Source of the DNA: Haliotis rubra
Lineage: Eukaryota
Direction of reading: 5' to 3'
Length of the DNA: 64,000 bases
Assembly (NCBI RefSeq): GCF_003918875.1
Contig: NW_025767121.1
Span: 372,001 to 436,000, forward strand
Position 1 is the stretch's first letter. Each line of letters starts with the position of its first letter. The notes below the pieces were generated by a model. That model did not search any database and was not told where the DNA came from. It saw only the letters and a list, made by a program, of their open reading frames with translations. Position numbers and translations under genes: made by a program. Shown here one piece after another: positions 25,951 to 39,663 of the stretch.

Positions 25951-27207
25951 TTGACTAAAAATAACGTGTTTCTCGCAACAACATTTTTAAATGGAAGTAG
26001 GAAAGATTTTACAGATGTGCTAGTTGTTTTCTTCAGATTATTGGTGCATGTCGAGTTTTGTTTTAAATCTTTAATACTGGCAGACTTCAGAAACAGTAAT
26101 CGGCAGAAGTGATTGGTGTTATTACTATGTAATAGTGATTTATGAACTTGTTCAAGAGATTGTGGAGAAATACAATCAACATTGGTTGTAGCAAAAATCT
26201 TATGTTGGAAAGGGTGCAGTTGCTTGTACTTTGATTGTCATGAACTATTGGTGAGTCGACACCTATTCACCTCGTACTTCGGCTTATAGAGGCTACACTG
26301 TATGTATTCGCACGAAATGGTCCTTTTATGTCTGAAGAGGCAAAGTTTATCAAGTTTGAAACTCACATTGCTGAAGGAGGTAATTCATTGCAGTATTTCC
26401 AAATGCCTCATTGCCTTTAACATACGTGTGCAGATGCTAGTTCACGAAGTCAGTCTTCCACCCCAACTCATCATGCAACGCGTGAACGGCACTGTTTATT
26501 AACATCCGGCCCAGCCCTATTAACCAAGCTGAAGCGCTTTCCTCGTAACATCCACGATCGCCCTGACACTATATTTTCAAAGGTCGCAGCTATTACAATA
26601 TGTGCCTCGTGCATACCAGCGTCATAAAGAGCTGTAGGTATTGACCAAGTACTACTATACCCTAGCTTTCGGTGGTAACCGTTATGAAGAAAGCAGTCAA
26701 GGCCTCTTGTTATTGGCTGATCCAACGAGGCGGACTTGTCTCATTAACTGGTGTTCGTTATGCACTCGGTCTCAATAACGGGAGCAAATGCTGTCGCCGC
26801 CGTGATTTTCTTAAACTTAATTAGCAAATGTTATTATCAGTATGGTTGGATAATGGTACCAACATCCATCATGCATAAACAGTCCAATAACCCATGAATA
26901 GAAATAAGAGTGAAATGTCCGTTACCATCGCCAAATTAGGGAATTCACATGGTTTAAGTTACATTTAGAACACAAAGTATGCCAGATGGGAAAAGAAACA
27001 AATATTCAAAGCTTGTGTGTGGTTAATGCTAACTTACTGCTTGGTTTGCCAGAGTATGTAATCTCCGTTACTGAAATGTTTGTTACCAGGGTATTCGAAA
27101 CTACATAGCTTGTGAAGTCCTGATACTAGTTTTCAAATATCACGTGACCCCCATCCCATCTTGGAAGTCAAAGAGCATGAATACAGTCACCAAACACTTA
27201 GAATTGA

Positions 27208-27272
27208 GACTGACTGACTGAGTTTGGTTTTACGCCGCTTTTAGCAATATTCCAGCAACAGCACGGCGGGGG
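27208..27272 (-). mobile_element. 5'-truncated SINE family A
   Basis: Tail only, flanked by the direct repeat gaattgaga. Confidence 0.75.
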
Positions 27273-28406
27273 AATTGAGAGTCATCTGAAATAGGAAGTA
27301 GCGATGTAACGAACATTTCATTTCTAAATTAAAAATTGACACCATCACTTACCGTTTTGTTAGTAGTCACGTTTCGGAGTTTGCAAAGTAATGTCACTCT
27401 GTATTTGATTAGACAGACTTACGATTGAGCAATAGAAACATGACCTTAAAATCAATAAGAACCAAAAGAAACATTTCAGCCTTGTAACGGATGTTTCTGT
27501 CGCTTCGATTGGATTAAAATGAGATAAAGTCCTATTATTTCCAGAATTATTGTTGCTAGTCTCATGTTAACTAATTACGGTATCATTATTTGAAATGTAT
27601 ACCCCAAAAGACTGAATGCTAATAAGTAGATTTGAGAATGGTTTTATTTTTCTGCCTTTAAACAAATAAGATTTATGAAGATAATGTTGATTTTAGTTTG
27701 CAAAGCAATAGCTCCCAAACATGCTTATCAAATCTTTATATGATTGTTTTCAGTTTTCAATATCTTAAAATCTGTCCAGTTTATGTCTATCTGAGGACAA
27801 AACAGTGTTTCTGAAGAAGTAACGTTGCCTGTAATGTTCGTTACTTATTTTAGTGGTTTATATCTAGTGGTTTGAAAACTATTAAACCATGTTTCCTCCT
27901 TAAATAGACGACACATATGTTTTATGATTGAACTTTCAGAGGATTTGAAAGTATTTCTCACTTCATGGCATTTTGTTTCATGTGTATCCTGCGTTCTTGA
28001 AGTTTGCTTTCACAAAGTTTGGTCAATGTTTGCAAGTTCAATGTGTTATCCTGCACTGTACTTGCTGGGGATTACATTAGTCTACCTAGCAAGAACACAG
28101 TTACAATGTTGAGGAAACTCCTAGGCTTGGTAATAAGGGCCTTGACTGATTTCTAGGTGCGGGTTTATATCGGCTCAGCTGGTTATCCCATGTTATAACG
28201 AACATTGGGGTTTTCTAAGAGTGTTAGCTTGTTATATTTTCAAAAGTTTTCAATTCTTGTTGAATTCCCGTTGGTTTTAAGCAGCCCAGTATGTTACCTT
28301 AGCAAAAAAATGATTTCACTCAAATACAACTTGATTTAATTGTTTAGTATGTTTGTGAGCCATTTGCACCCTTTGATTACACAATGCAATTTAGAAAGTT
28401 GTCAGA

Positions 28407-28719
28407 TGTAACATATGGTATATTTGGGATTGCGCTTTCTTAGTAAAGTACAAATTCTAGTACTTTTTAGGTTAAATCCCATCCGGTATTCGAACCCACA
28501 CCCTCAGAGCCGTGCCAATTTACACTCAACTACCAGTTGTCCGACTTCCATTTTTGTGGAAGTCAGGGTGGCTGAACGTATTTGGCGGCTGACTTTGCGT
28601 GCTGGCGATTAGGTGCCTAATTAACTCTGAGGGTGTGGGTTCGAATCCCGGATGGGACTCAACCCCAAAAGTACTAGAATTTGTAAGAAAGTGTAATCCC
28701 AAATATAACATATGTTACA
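28407..28719. mobile_element. Foldback/MITE-like element with about 95-bp TIRs that include a tRNA box B
   Basis: TGTAACATATG...CATATGTTACA ends. Arms 28407-28510 and about 28625-28719 are reverse complements, and a tRNA-like unit reads outward on the plus strand. Confidence 0.8.
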
Positions 28720-29394
28720 TTTGCACCCCGTTATTGAGAGAGAGCGTATGATCTCCGTTTCTAATAGTTTTCAGAGGTGCCGCTCCTGACGAAATCACGT
28801 ACGATTGATCGTATACACGAAGGTCAAATAGTTAAGTGTACAAACATAGTGATATGTTGTAGCATTTAGAGGGATAATGTGATGTGATTATAATTCATCT
28901 CAACTAGTTGTGCAAATTACTATCAAATAACATGACCCTTTTGGAAACAATCGTGTCCCTGAGATTAAAGTTGATGATCTGGCGTCACTCAGTAATCATG
29001 CTGAAATGTCTAACTAAACAAACTTTGAGAGTTCAAGCAATTATACCTATATTTATGCTTACGGTTCTTTAACTTGCAAAGCATGTCCAACCTTTCATGT
29101 TTTCACAGTTTTGGGTACAGATCCATCTCAATTAATTCAAACGTTTGTGATAGTCATCGAGGATTACTTAATTGCTAGAAGACCTTGCATAACACAGGGT
29201 CTGAAACACCCACAATCGAAATGGCCCCCAGCAACCTGAGCTGGTTGAAACAGACCAGATAGAAGGTCGGGCCTTCTTGCTGACTTGGCTGAGGTGGGCA
29301 TCGTACCTGAACGGCGTGGATATATCTCTTGTTATAAATCACATGATTGTCTGGTCAAGACTGTTCTTGATGCCACCTTTATTACGATCTTTAT

Positions 29395-29755
29395 GAAATA
29401 TTCAGCACTAAACAGTTCATTGCCCTCCTACATGCAAAGATCTTATAACACCCTACACTCCAGCGCGGTCTCTCAGATGTCAAGAGAAAGGTCTTCTCAG
29501 TGTCCCAAAATACAAGTTGCAAACCTTTGCCGGCAGATCTTTCAGCGTTCACGCAGCTTCCCTCTGGATTTCACTACCTCTCCATGTCAAGTCATCTCCT
29601 TCCATCTCCATCTTTAAATCAAGACTCAAAACATTCTTGTTAAACCACAACTAAATCTTGTAACACTTCTTCCTGTATATAGTGTACATATTTACTGTTG
29701 CGCAAAGAGCATGCCCTTGAGGTGTGGAGTTACTACTGCGCTCTACAAATGTCCA

Positions 29756-29793
<38 letters not shown>
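29395..29793 (+). mobile_element. 5'-truncated L2-clade LINE 3' end
   Basis: Translates DLITPYTPARSLRCQEKGLLSVPKYKLQTFAGRSFSVHAASLWISLPLHVKSSPSISIFKSRLKTFLL*, then gcgctctacaaat and (att)n. Absent from the paralog at about 19640. Confidence 0.88.
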
Positions 29794-29795
<2 letters not shown>

Positions 29796-32508
29796 AACAA
29801 TATATCAATCAATATTCCCACATTTTGTCGGTCCAAAGATCAATTAGCAGGTTTAGTATTTTATAACATACTAAGTATAAATAAATAAGTGTCGTCTGTG
29901 TTGCCTTCGCTGTAAAACACTTGAGTACAAAACAGAAGACCTATTTTAATCGGTATCTGACTACTTAATAGAAAGGAAGCTCTGTTCCAAAGGACGTGCC
30001 ACGCTGCAGAAATGACATTTCCTCCACTGTCAATAGGCTCAAATGTCACACAAAATACCATTCAAAATGCCACAAGAGCCTATTGTTCCAATACGGAAAT
30101 TCCAGCACAGGAAGGAAATTAGCTTCAGTGTGTGGGAGAGTGTCAAAATGACACTTTTCACAATCTTGACACCACGGTCATAAAGGACCATTTCAAAGTT
30201 AAAAGTTATTCTTTCGTATAATGAGCGTTTAAAACCGGAAACGTTTCTAAAGGGTTATTTTGAATCTGTGCTATTACAACAGGGGTAGATAGGGCTCTCA
30301 TTTAACGGCAGAAAATGAACGTTCAGTGTCAATAGATACAATGGAGATCGATTCACCAGGTTGAAATATGAATATCTGTTAATTTTGTAAAAAACAATTT
30401 TTGAGGAGGACGTAATCTGTGCATGATTCTACATTAAAAAGAAACGATGCAAACTTGGAACTCAGATTGCAATATCATTTGTATTTCGAGGGAAAAGATC
30501 GGGAGGTATAGAGGTTGTTGAATTTCAATTTAGCGCTTTAAAAAAAGAGAGAACATAACGTTTTCTGTTAACCTTGATTTCGAGTGAGTGAGTCGTTGGT
30601 TTAAGCTTTTAAAGATTATGTATGGCAGTATCTGATATCTTCTCATTGGTAAAACCATGTCAGGCGTTAAGTCGGCCATGAAGCCAAATCCCCCTCTATA
30701 CGCCAATCCTTGATAATCACTATTAGTTTCTGCTGTTTTGTGATAGTGTGATTGTTGACATTCTTTAAATAGGTTCCCTTTAATCCATCAGGCAAACAGA
30801 AAATTCACTACCATTTGGAAATTCTAGATGCCGTGTGTTGACAGAAGACATATTATGCCATATATTGCGACATTCGTAGCATCAATAATTCATATCATTG
30901 TCATACGTTCTATTCTACACTGATTAATTTCTTATTACTGGAATTACACTCAACTCTTTTATCTAAATAAGCAGCACCTCTGCCATGGTTCACAAATTTC
31001 AGACAACTCCCACTCCAGACGATAATGATAATCCTCACTCTTTTCGCTGTTTGATGATATTGTGTGCTTTTTCTAGAAGTTAGAAATAATTTCTTGACAT
31101 TCTTTAAATAGGTTTAACTTTAATCCATCAAGCAAATACAAAATTAACTACCAGTTGGGAATCCTAGACGCCGTGTGTTGACAGAAGACATATTATGCCA
31201 AATATTGCGACATTCGTAGCATCAACAATTCGCCATTCGTTCTATTACACACTGATACTCTGATTACTGAAATATCACCAGATTCATTTATCCAGATATG
31301 TCACGTCAGACATTGTTTTAGAAATACAAATTTCAGGGAAGCATAGCGTTCAATATTAATACAGCTTGTCTTTTAGCATTCCATTTATAACGGTCCTGTA
31401 TGTATCTGGACACGAACAAAATAAGCATTCTGACATCGAAAATGTTCCTAAGGCGAAAGTTCACGTACTTAAATGACCAAACGTAAATAGACAGTTTATT
31501 GCTTAACACCACACTCAAGACAAATCCAGCAATACAGCCAGCCTATCTGAATCTGTTCTTCGCTCTCTTTGACAAGCAGTTGTTGCTGAACATGATACAT
31601 ATTCTTTTCTCTTCATTCTGTCTGGGTCCGAAGTTCGATCCCTTCCATGAGTTACATGACATGTGGTAACGCACTCGTAGTAGTATCATCATTCTAGATG
31701 CTAGAAACAGGGTATTTAAACACCTCATCTGTGAGGTTTTAAAGTCAATGCGTTTTAAAGACTCGTGGGCGTATTTAACGAACTTGCACAGTGGCAATCA
31801 GATGAGTTAAGAAAGAAATAATGTATGCAACAAATGAACTTCAAAAAGACACAGATGATCGATGTGGAGGTGCTAGCTGAAGTGTCGTGCTGGAAACCCA
31901 CGAACAATTCAATACAATGTGTGACAGTCTAGAAACTGCTGCAATATGTGAACTTCCAATAAGTGAACCTCTATTCTCTACTTCATTGTCGTTTTTGTAC
32001 AGCATTTGGCATTTGTTACAGTACTGGAAGTTATCTGGCGTTATCTGAAGTATGCGTTTATGTATTAGATATGACAGTGGAAAGAGTTTGCCGTTTTAGC
32101 CAGTGGAATAGCTTCTTTTTTACAATCAAATGTATACATACACAAAAGATTCCATAGGTTACAACCATACACATTCTAATGATGCATGCTACAATCTGGC
32201 AATAATGGTTATACAGTTCTGTGTGCCTGTTCTTAATTATAAACTACCGTCCAAAAGAAAGTATACCACTAGTTTCCAAAGTCAATTAAAAGACAACAAA
32301 AACGATTTCAACAAAATATGTTTTATATTTCATTAGAGTATTCATTCCTGCATTATTTAAACATAAACACAAGTAAGAAATAACAATGATAAAGAAATGA
32401 AAAGGAAACAAACACATGAGGCTTCCAAAAATGGATCATAACAAGAAAACTGAACAAACAGAAAGTTTGCCAAAATGCCAGGTACACAATTTAGAGCCTT
32501 GTACTGCC

Positions 32509-34527
32509 TCAGTAGCGAGTATGTCCTCCTTGAGCATTGACACAAGCAACAATACGTCCGCGCATGGATGACGTCAAACGTCTTATGACGTTGTGTGGAA
32601 TCTGTTGCCAGGTGTCATTTAGGCACTGTTCCAGCTGTCGCACGTAGACTGGGGTGAGGAGCTAAACGTTCTCTAATACGTCTGTAGACACGTTGACTGG
32701 GGTGAGGAGCTAAACGTTCTCTAATACGTCTGTAGACACGTTGACTGGGGTGAGGAGCTAAACGTTCTCTAATACGTCTGTAGACACGTTGACTGGGGTG
32801 AGGAGCTAAACGTTCTCTAATACGTCTGTAGACACGTTGACTGGGGTTAGGAGCTAAACGTTCTCTAATACGTCTGTAGACACGTTGACTGGGGTTAGGA
32901 GCTAAACGTTCTCTAATACGTCTGTAGACACGTTGACTGGGGTGAGGAGCTAGTTCTCTAATACGTTCTCTAATACGTCTGTAGACACGTTGACTGGGGT
33001 GAGGAGGTAAACGTTCTCTAATACGTCTGTAGACACGTTGACTGGGGTGAGGAGCTAAACGTTCTCTAATACGTCTGTAGCACACGTTGACTGGGGTGAG
33101 GAGCTAAACGTTCTCTAATACGTCTGTAGACACGTTGACTGGGGTGAGGAGCTAAACGTTCTCTAATACGTCTGTAGACACGTTGACTGGGGTGAGGAGC
33201 TAAACGTTCTCTAATACGTCTGTACACACGTTGACTGGGGTGAGGAGCTAAACGTTCTCTAATACGTCTGTAGACACGTTGACTGGGGTTAGGAGCTAAA
33301 CGTTCTCTAATACGTCTGTAGACACGTTGACTGGGGTGAGGAGCTAAACGTTCTCCAATACGTCTGTAGACACGTTGACTGGGGTGAGGAGCTAAACGTT
33401 CTCTAATACGTCTGTAGACACGTTGACTGGGGTGAGGAGCTAAACGTTCTCCAATACGTCTGTAGACACGTTGACTGGGGTTAGGAGCTAAACGTTCTCT
33501 AATACGTCTGTACACACGTTGACTGGGGTGAGGAGCTAAACGTTCTCTAATACGTCTGTACACACGTTGACTGGGGTTAGGAGCTAAACGTTCTCCAATA
33601 CGTCTGTAGACACGTTGACTGGGGTGAGGAGCTAAACGTTCTCCAATACGTCTGTAGACACGTTGACTGGGGTGAGGAGCTAAACGTTCTCTAATACGTC
33701 TGTAGACACGTTGACTGGGGTGAGGAGCTAAACGTTCTCTAATACGTCTGTAGACACGTTGACTGGGGTGAGGAGCTAAACGTTCTCTAATACGTCTGTA
33801 GACACGTTGACTGGGGTTAGGAGCTAAACGTTCTCTAATACGTCTGTAGACACGTTGACTGGGGTGAGGAGCTAAACGTTCTCTAATACGTCTGTAGACA
33901 CGTTGACTGGGGTGAGGAGCTAAACGTTCTCTAATACGTCTGTAGACACGTTGACTGGGGTGAGGAGCTAAACGTTCTCTAATACGTCTGTAGACACGTT
34001 GACTGGGGTGAGGAGCTAAACGTTCTCTAATACGTCTGTACACACGTTGACGGCCATCAGTTGTGAATACGCAGAACCTGCTCTCATCCGAAAAGAGGAC
34101 ACGTGACCAGTCTCGGACTTGCCAACGTCGAAGTTGTCTTGCCCACTGGAGCCTGTTACGCCGGTGTTGTTGTGTCAGTACCACCCAATGGCATGGACGT
34201 CGTGCTCGAATACCATGTTCACGCAGTCGTCGTGATACTATCTGTCGACTGATACGATGTCCGAGTGCCGTTGTTGCCGGTGCTGTTGCCGGGATGAAGC
34301 GGTTCCTGAGGTGGATTACCCGGATGTAGCGGTCCTCCTGGGGCGTGGTCACCCGCGGTCTCCCACTTCTCCGCCTGTCCACTGTCTGCCCTGTCTGGCG
34401 GAGACGCTGAAACAACCTGGTGATGCAACCCGGGTGCAGCCAATGTTCTCGCGATAAGGTCATGTGACCCTCCTTGTTGGGCCATTCCTACGGCTCTCTC
34501 TCCATGCACTGCGGTCATGCGTTGCAT
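32509..34527 (-). pseudogene. Tc1-family transposase pseudogene, catalytic core replaced by a 16-aa repeat
   Basis: N-terminus MQRMTAVHGERAVGM.., then a frameshift, DRRRSGRPRVTT, and VLFSDESRF (first D). C-terminus WQQIPHNVIRRLTSSMRGRIVACVNAQGGHTRY*. The second D and the SPDLNPIE motif are missing. Confidence 0.9.
32647..34050. repeat. 48-bp minisatellite, about 29 copies
   Basis: Unit gactggggtgaggagctaaacgttctctaatacgtctgtagacacgtt, which reads QRVYRRIRERLAPHPS on the minus strand. Confidence 0.97.
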
Positions 34528-36569
34528 TTTTCTTGTGTGCATTTTTATTCTGTGACAATGCCTTGTGTCATGAGCTGCTTTTATACGGTTTTTATGCACG
34601 TGCATTTTGTGAAGCACGTGCGTGTTACTTTTTCAGAAAATGAGCGTTTGAGCAAGACAGTTCGCGAGACGAGAAATTTATCATTACACATAAGTTGACA
34701 TGACCTTGTCACATGTTTCTGTAAATTTTCCTGGATCTAGGTTCAAAATTAAGATTTTAAACGGCAAAACTATTTGGTATACTTTCTTTTGGACGGTAGT
34801 ATAGATATTTGTGGAGTAATATTACAGGCAGAATCAAAGTTGGGTTTCTATATCAAATCTTCGACTTCAACCTACGAATCCTATCGATACGTGCTAACAT
34901 CAAGCAATAATGGTTGCACAGCTCTCTTGTCTTCAGATATATAAATATTACCAGAGCATGTTACAGGCAGAATCAAAGTTGGGTTTAGATGTCAAATCTG
35001 CAGCATATAGTCTTGTTTGTAGCAGAAAAGTAAAATCAGTTCCTTCCGACGTCCGAAGCCAATAACATGTGAGATTGTTCATTGTTTTCCAGTTGCTATA
35101 CCTTCTGATCTTCGAACATGTCAGTTAATCCGGGTTTGGTGTCCTGTTGTTACTCAAGTGTCCTATTTTCAGGTTTTATTAATTAATACTTTCAGCAAAT
35201 ACTGGAACATAATACGCAGGCTAAGAACAGCTCCAAGCTCACCCATCCTCATCTATCTTCCTATAATGTCAAACATGTTGGCGATACATGGGTAACAGCC
35301 TCCAACATGAATGATGCTACACTGGACTCAACCCATGCCCGTTCACATACCTTCGTTAACAACACATCATTTGCTTTTCATTTGGGCACAGTCGGATAGA
35401 GATACTTTTCTCAGCTCTTAGTTTTCATTTCAGGGATGATAGATCTACACATATCTACATCACTTTATAATAATATGAAATTATTTCTGACTTTTTTTGT
35501 AAACATACTGTTTTCCCTTTCAACACTGATGATTAAATTAATGGAAGGACAATTTTCCACGCGATTTTTTTTACCAAATTAAGGGTCCGTCACAAGGCAA
35601 ATGAGGGAAAGATGTATTACAGAGTGATTCTACCAAAATGAAGACTGGAACTCACAGCAAAGACTACGTAAACAAACTGTTCCATTTAAAATGAAGCTTT
35701 ACCAAAATACTTTTCTCTGTTTTGATAGAAATATCTTTTGATCATGAAATGGCTTTTTCTGTTTACTAAGAACCATCCCTCTGTTATACTGGCCAACTGA
35801 TAAGTATACATTCCAATTTGATTGTTGTGTGTTGTGCTTATTCAGTGTTCAAAGATTAAGGATTAACTTTCTTCCTACTGTGTACCTTCTCTGTTTGATA
35901 ATTACAGAAGCCATGTTTCAGCGTTGCAAATTTCACCTGATTTCTGACATCTTCTTTCTGTAGGGGAACCAGATGCCACAACAGAACTGTTTGGGCAGGT
36001 ATGATCTTGGGCACGTGACAAGTGACATTTAAATGCCAGGGATTTCCGGAGAGTTGTAATAATATAAACTTTCAGTAATGCTGAAATAATTGCTTTATCA
36101 AAGATGACCTGTGTGATCTGAACCATACATACATGCGTACTTGCAAGTTATTTACCAAGGTCAATGATTCATTGAAGTGGAGTGTAAATTAAGTAACATC
36201 AACACAACCCTTTCGATAATCATAAGAAACCTCACCTCTACACAGATTCCATTGTTGGATATAGACTGTATCATGAGCACGTGCTTATGAGTCAGAATCA
36301 GATAGTCATAATACCAGTTGATCGATAAGGTGAATGTATCCAGGTATGAATATATGCATACCAATTGCAAATTGCACAGATCAAAAGAGGCAAACCATCA
36401 TTATTTTGGTGACAAGAGTTTTAATATTAAATACACAACAAGGAAGCAAAGAACATATAAAAACACATAAGATAATTAAATAACATTTGGGTCTTTTAAC
36501 TTGATGTGAATATAGCTAAACTTTGCTTTTAAGATTATTTCATTTACATACCATGCTCATGCGCGTTCA

Positions 36570-36733
36570 GGGGTGGTGGGGTAGCCTAATGGTTAAAGCG
36601 TTGGCTCGTCACGCCGAAGACCCGGGTTCGAATCCCCACATGGGCACAATGTGTGAAGCCCATTTCTGGTGTCCCCCGCCGTGATGTTGCTGGAATATTG
36701 CTAAAAGCGGCGTAAAACCAAACTCAGTCAGTC
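36570..36733 (+). mobile_element. SINE family A
   Basis: Full length with TSD tcatgcgcgttc. The paralog at about 24572 shows the empty site. Confidence 0.93.
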
Positions 36734-37453
36734 AATTGGTCATGCGCGTTCGTATGTCTGCTAGTGATGGCCGACTGTGATAACATGCCACAATTTAATA
36801 TGGATACCCGACTCCCAGCCGTCAGTTTCATATCGTCTATTTTGAAACACCTGGAGCATAACAGCAAATGCAATCTTTTAATGACTGTGTGTTCAAACCA
36901 CCGAACTTACAGTTGGCGGTCATGTCGATATATAAAAAGCACACTGTAAATGAAATAGAAAACAAGGAAACATTGGATATGTTTTACCTTATAAAAAATA
37001 TAGTATGAGTGGCTGTTATTTATTCAGTTCTCCCACAAGCTATCTGCAGATGGCATCCTATTAAGGCATGTGTCTGTTGGTATTTAGGTTTACACCTTGT
37101 TCATGACTATTCACACAACCAACTGCGTTTCAATTATTACACCAGACATTGGATGTAGCCAGACCAGAAGGCATGCTGTGCTTACAAAGAAAAATAGTGT
37201 TACATTGGACACAAAAATCGTCCAGGTTAAAAAATAGTATTGATCCGTATTATCGTCGTTTACATTTGAATGACATGCATTGAGTAAATATAATGTGTGT
37301 CTTACAACTTGCTTTGTACAGATGTGATCATTGTTTTCTTCAGGTTATTGGTGCATATTTTTTTATATTGTTATACTGAAAGACTCCAGGAACAGATATC
37401 GGCACAACAGATTGCTTACCCCACTATTTGATAAGGATTAATAAACCTGTTCA

Positions 37454-37620
37454 ACTGACTGACTGAGTTTGGTTTTACGCCGCTTTTAGCAATATTCCAG
37501 CAACATCACGGTGGGGGACACCAGAAATGGGCTTCACACATTGTACCCATGTGGGGATTCGAACCCGGGTCTTCGGCGTGGCGAGCCAACGCTTTGACCA
37601 CTAGGCTACCCCACCGCCCC
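37454..37620 (-). mobile_element. SINE family A
   Basis: Full length with TSD taaacctgttcaa. The paralog at about 26145 shows the empty site. Confidence 0.93.
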
Positions 37621-39663
37621 TAAACCTGTTCAAGATATGGTGGAATGATACAATCAGACTTGGTCGTAGCGATATTTTCTACATATGGAAAGTGTTTTGA
37701 TGCTCATGCTTATCACGAACTATCGGTGAGTCGACACCTATTCATCTCACACTTCGGCATATATAGGTTTCTCTTGTTCTGTGTGAACACAATGGGTTCT
37801 TTTACGTGTGATCAGGCACAATTTATCAAGTTTGAAACCCCCGTCCTAGAAGGAAAGAACTCATTTGAGTATTTCCAAATGTCCCTACTGCCCTGAACAA
37901 CCTTGTGCAGATTCCAGTACACAAAGGCAGACATCCTCCACAACCCATCATGCAACGCGTGAACGACACTGTTTATTAACATCCGGTCCAGCCCCATTAA
38001 CCAAACTAAAGTGCTTTCGTTGTAACGCCGATTAAACGTTAATAACATCCACGATCGCACTGACACCATATTTTCAAAGGTCGCAGCTATTACAATATGT
38101 ACCTCGTGCATACCGACGTCATAAAGAGCTGCCATACCCTAGCTATCGATGGTAACTGTTGGGAAAGAAGATAGTCAAGGTCTCTTGTTGTAGGCTGATC
38201 CGACGAGGCGGACTTGTCTCATAAACTGGTTTTTGTTCTGATCTCCGTTTCTGATCTCCGTTTTCAGAGGTGCCGCTCCTAACGAAATCATGTACGATAG
38301 GTCGTATAAAGGAAGGTCTAGGGCGAGTATTTGCCAGGCAGTTAAGTGTACACTTATCATAAGTTATAGCAATTTGTGGGATAATGTGATTTGATTATAT
38401 TTCATTTCAACTATTTGTGCAAATTGCTATCAAATAACATAAACCATTTGAAACAAATCGTCTCTCTGAGATTAAAAAGGTCGATGATTTGGCGTCACTC
38501 AGTAGGCATGTTAAAATATCTTTTCTAACTGAAAATAACCTTGACAGTTTGAGCAATTGTTACTATTAATTTATGCTAACGGTTGCTTAAGTTGCAAAGC
38601 ATGTCCAACTTTTCATGTTTTTATAGTTTGGGATACAGATCTGTCTCAATTAATCCAAACTTTTGTGATTGTCTTTGAGGCTTACTTAATAACTGTAAGG
38701 CATTTACATAACACAGGGTCTGAAGCACCCACAATCGAACACGCTAACAAGATATTTATGTATTGCGTTTCTCATAGCAGGCAATGTATTCGTGTAAACA
38801 TTGTATAGTAGTCTGTTCTTTTCTTGGCTAATGTCAACACCCAAGTCGTCTTTAACTCTGTTTGGATAAACCTTTATTGTAAATATTCGTGTATGAAGAA
38901 CGTAAAGTGAAGGGATGAAATCGATCTCACGCTAATCCAGTATGCTTATATTGCAGACAGAATTTCGAAGAATGTACAGGCACAGAGTAAGCACCTCGAC
39001 TTCTACTCCTATATCAATCCTGGTGTTTTGTTTCGTCTTAATACCAAACAGATAGATCATGCTATAGGAGAGTATCTACATATGTCACTCAAATGTTATT
39101 TCTAGTCACAGGCCACACAAGATTCTCAGTGTCTTGTTGTAATGGCGTGAAGGCTGAATTGACAGATGGGTCTACCGCCGTGATGGAGTTGTAGAACTTT
39201 GAGGACAGCGCTCCTGTTTTTTTCTTTTCCTCTACACATGATGATAGAAAGGGCTAAGAAATACATGATAAACCTTGTTTAGAAGTGCATCTATTGTTAC
39301 TGTAGCAACATTGTATATCTCGCATTTCAGATTTCGCGTGTAAACTTAATCAAACTATTTGATATCCATATCCTTAGGCAATGTATTAATCAACTTCATT
39401 TGCAACCTCACCTCCAGAGTTGCTGATTTAATTTTGTTCTTGAACTTTGACGGTTTGAGGCTTATTTCCAATATCATTTCCTTATTACTTGGACTTTATT
39501 AACTGCCTCGTTCACACAATGTACCTCTGCACACTCTGACAGAGAAAACAATGTCATTATCAAGGTAAATCCATCAATTGTTGGGCTTGATTGTAAGGCC
39601 GGTTTGATTCATTTGTTTTTCCCAGACAAGTGTTTTACTTTTCATAGCAGTAGGAACATTGTA

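Larger units (their letters stand above)
32242..34801 (-). mobile_element. Tc1/mariner element, internally deleted, minisatellite-expanded
   Basis: 26-bp TIRs actaccgtccaaaagaaagtatacca (32243-32268 / 34775-34800), with TA on both sides. Confidence 0.93.

Noticed and set aside
26380-26700. Ankyrin-repeat exon (GPDVNKQ and GHLEILK-like words on the minus strand, also at about 37860-38000)
   Set aside because: The motifs are in different frames, interrupted by stops in both paralogs, and too short to support a call.
33066-34463. 465-aa ORF as a functional gene or active transposase
   Set aside because: It lacks the second D and the E, the true start is frameshifted, and its length comes from a stop-free 48-bp repeat.
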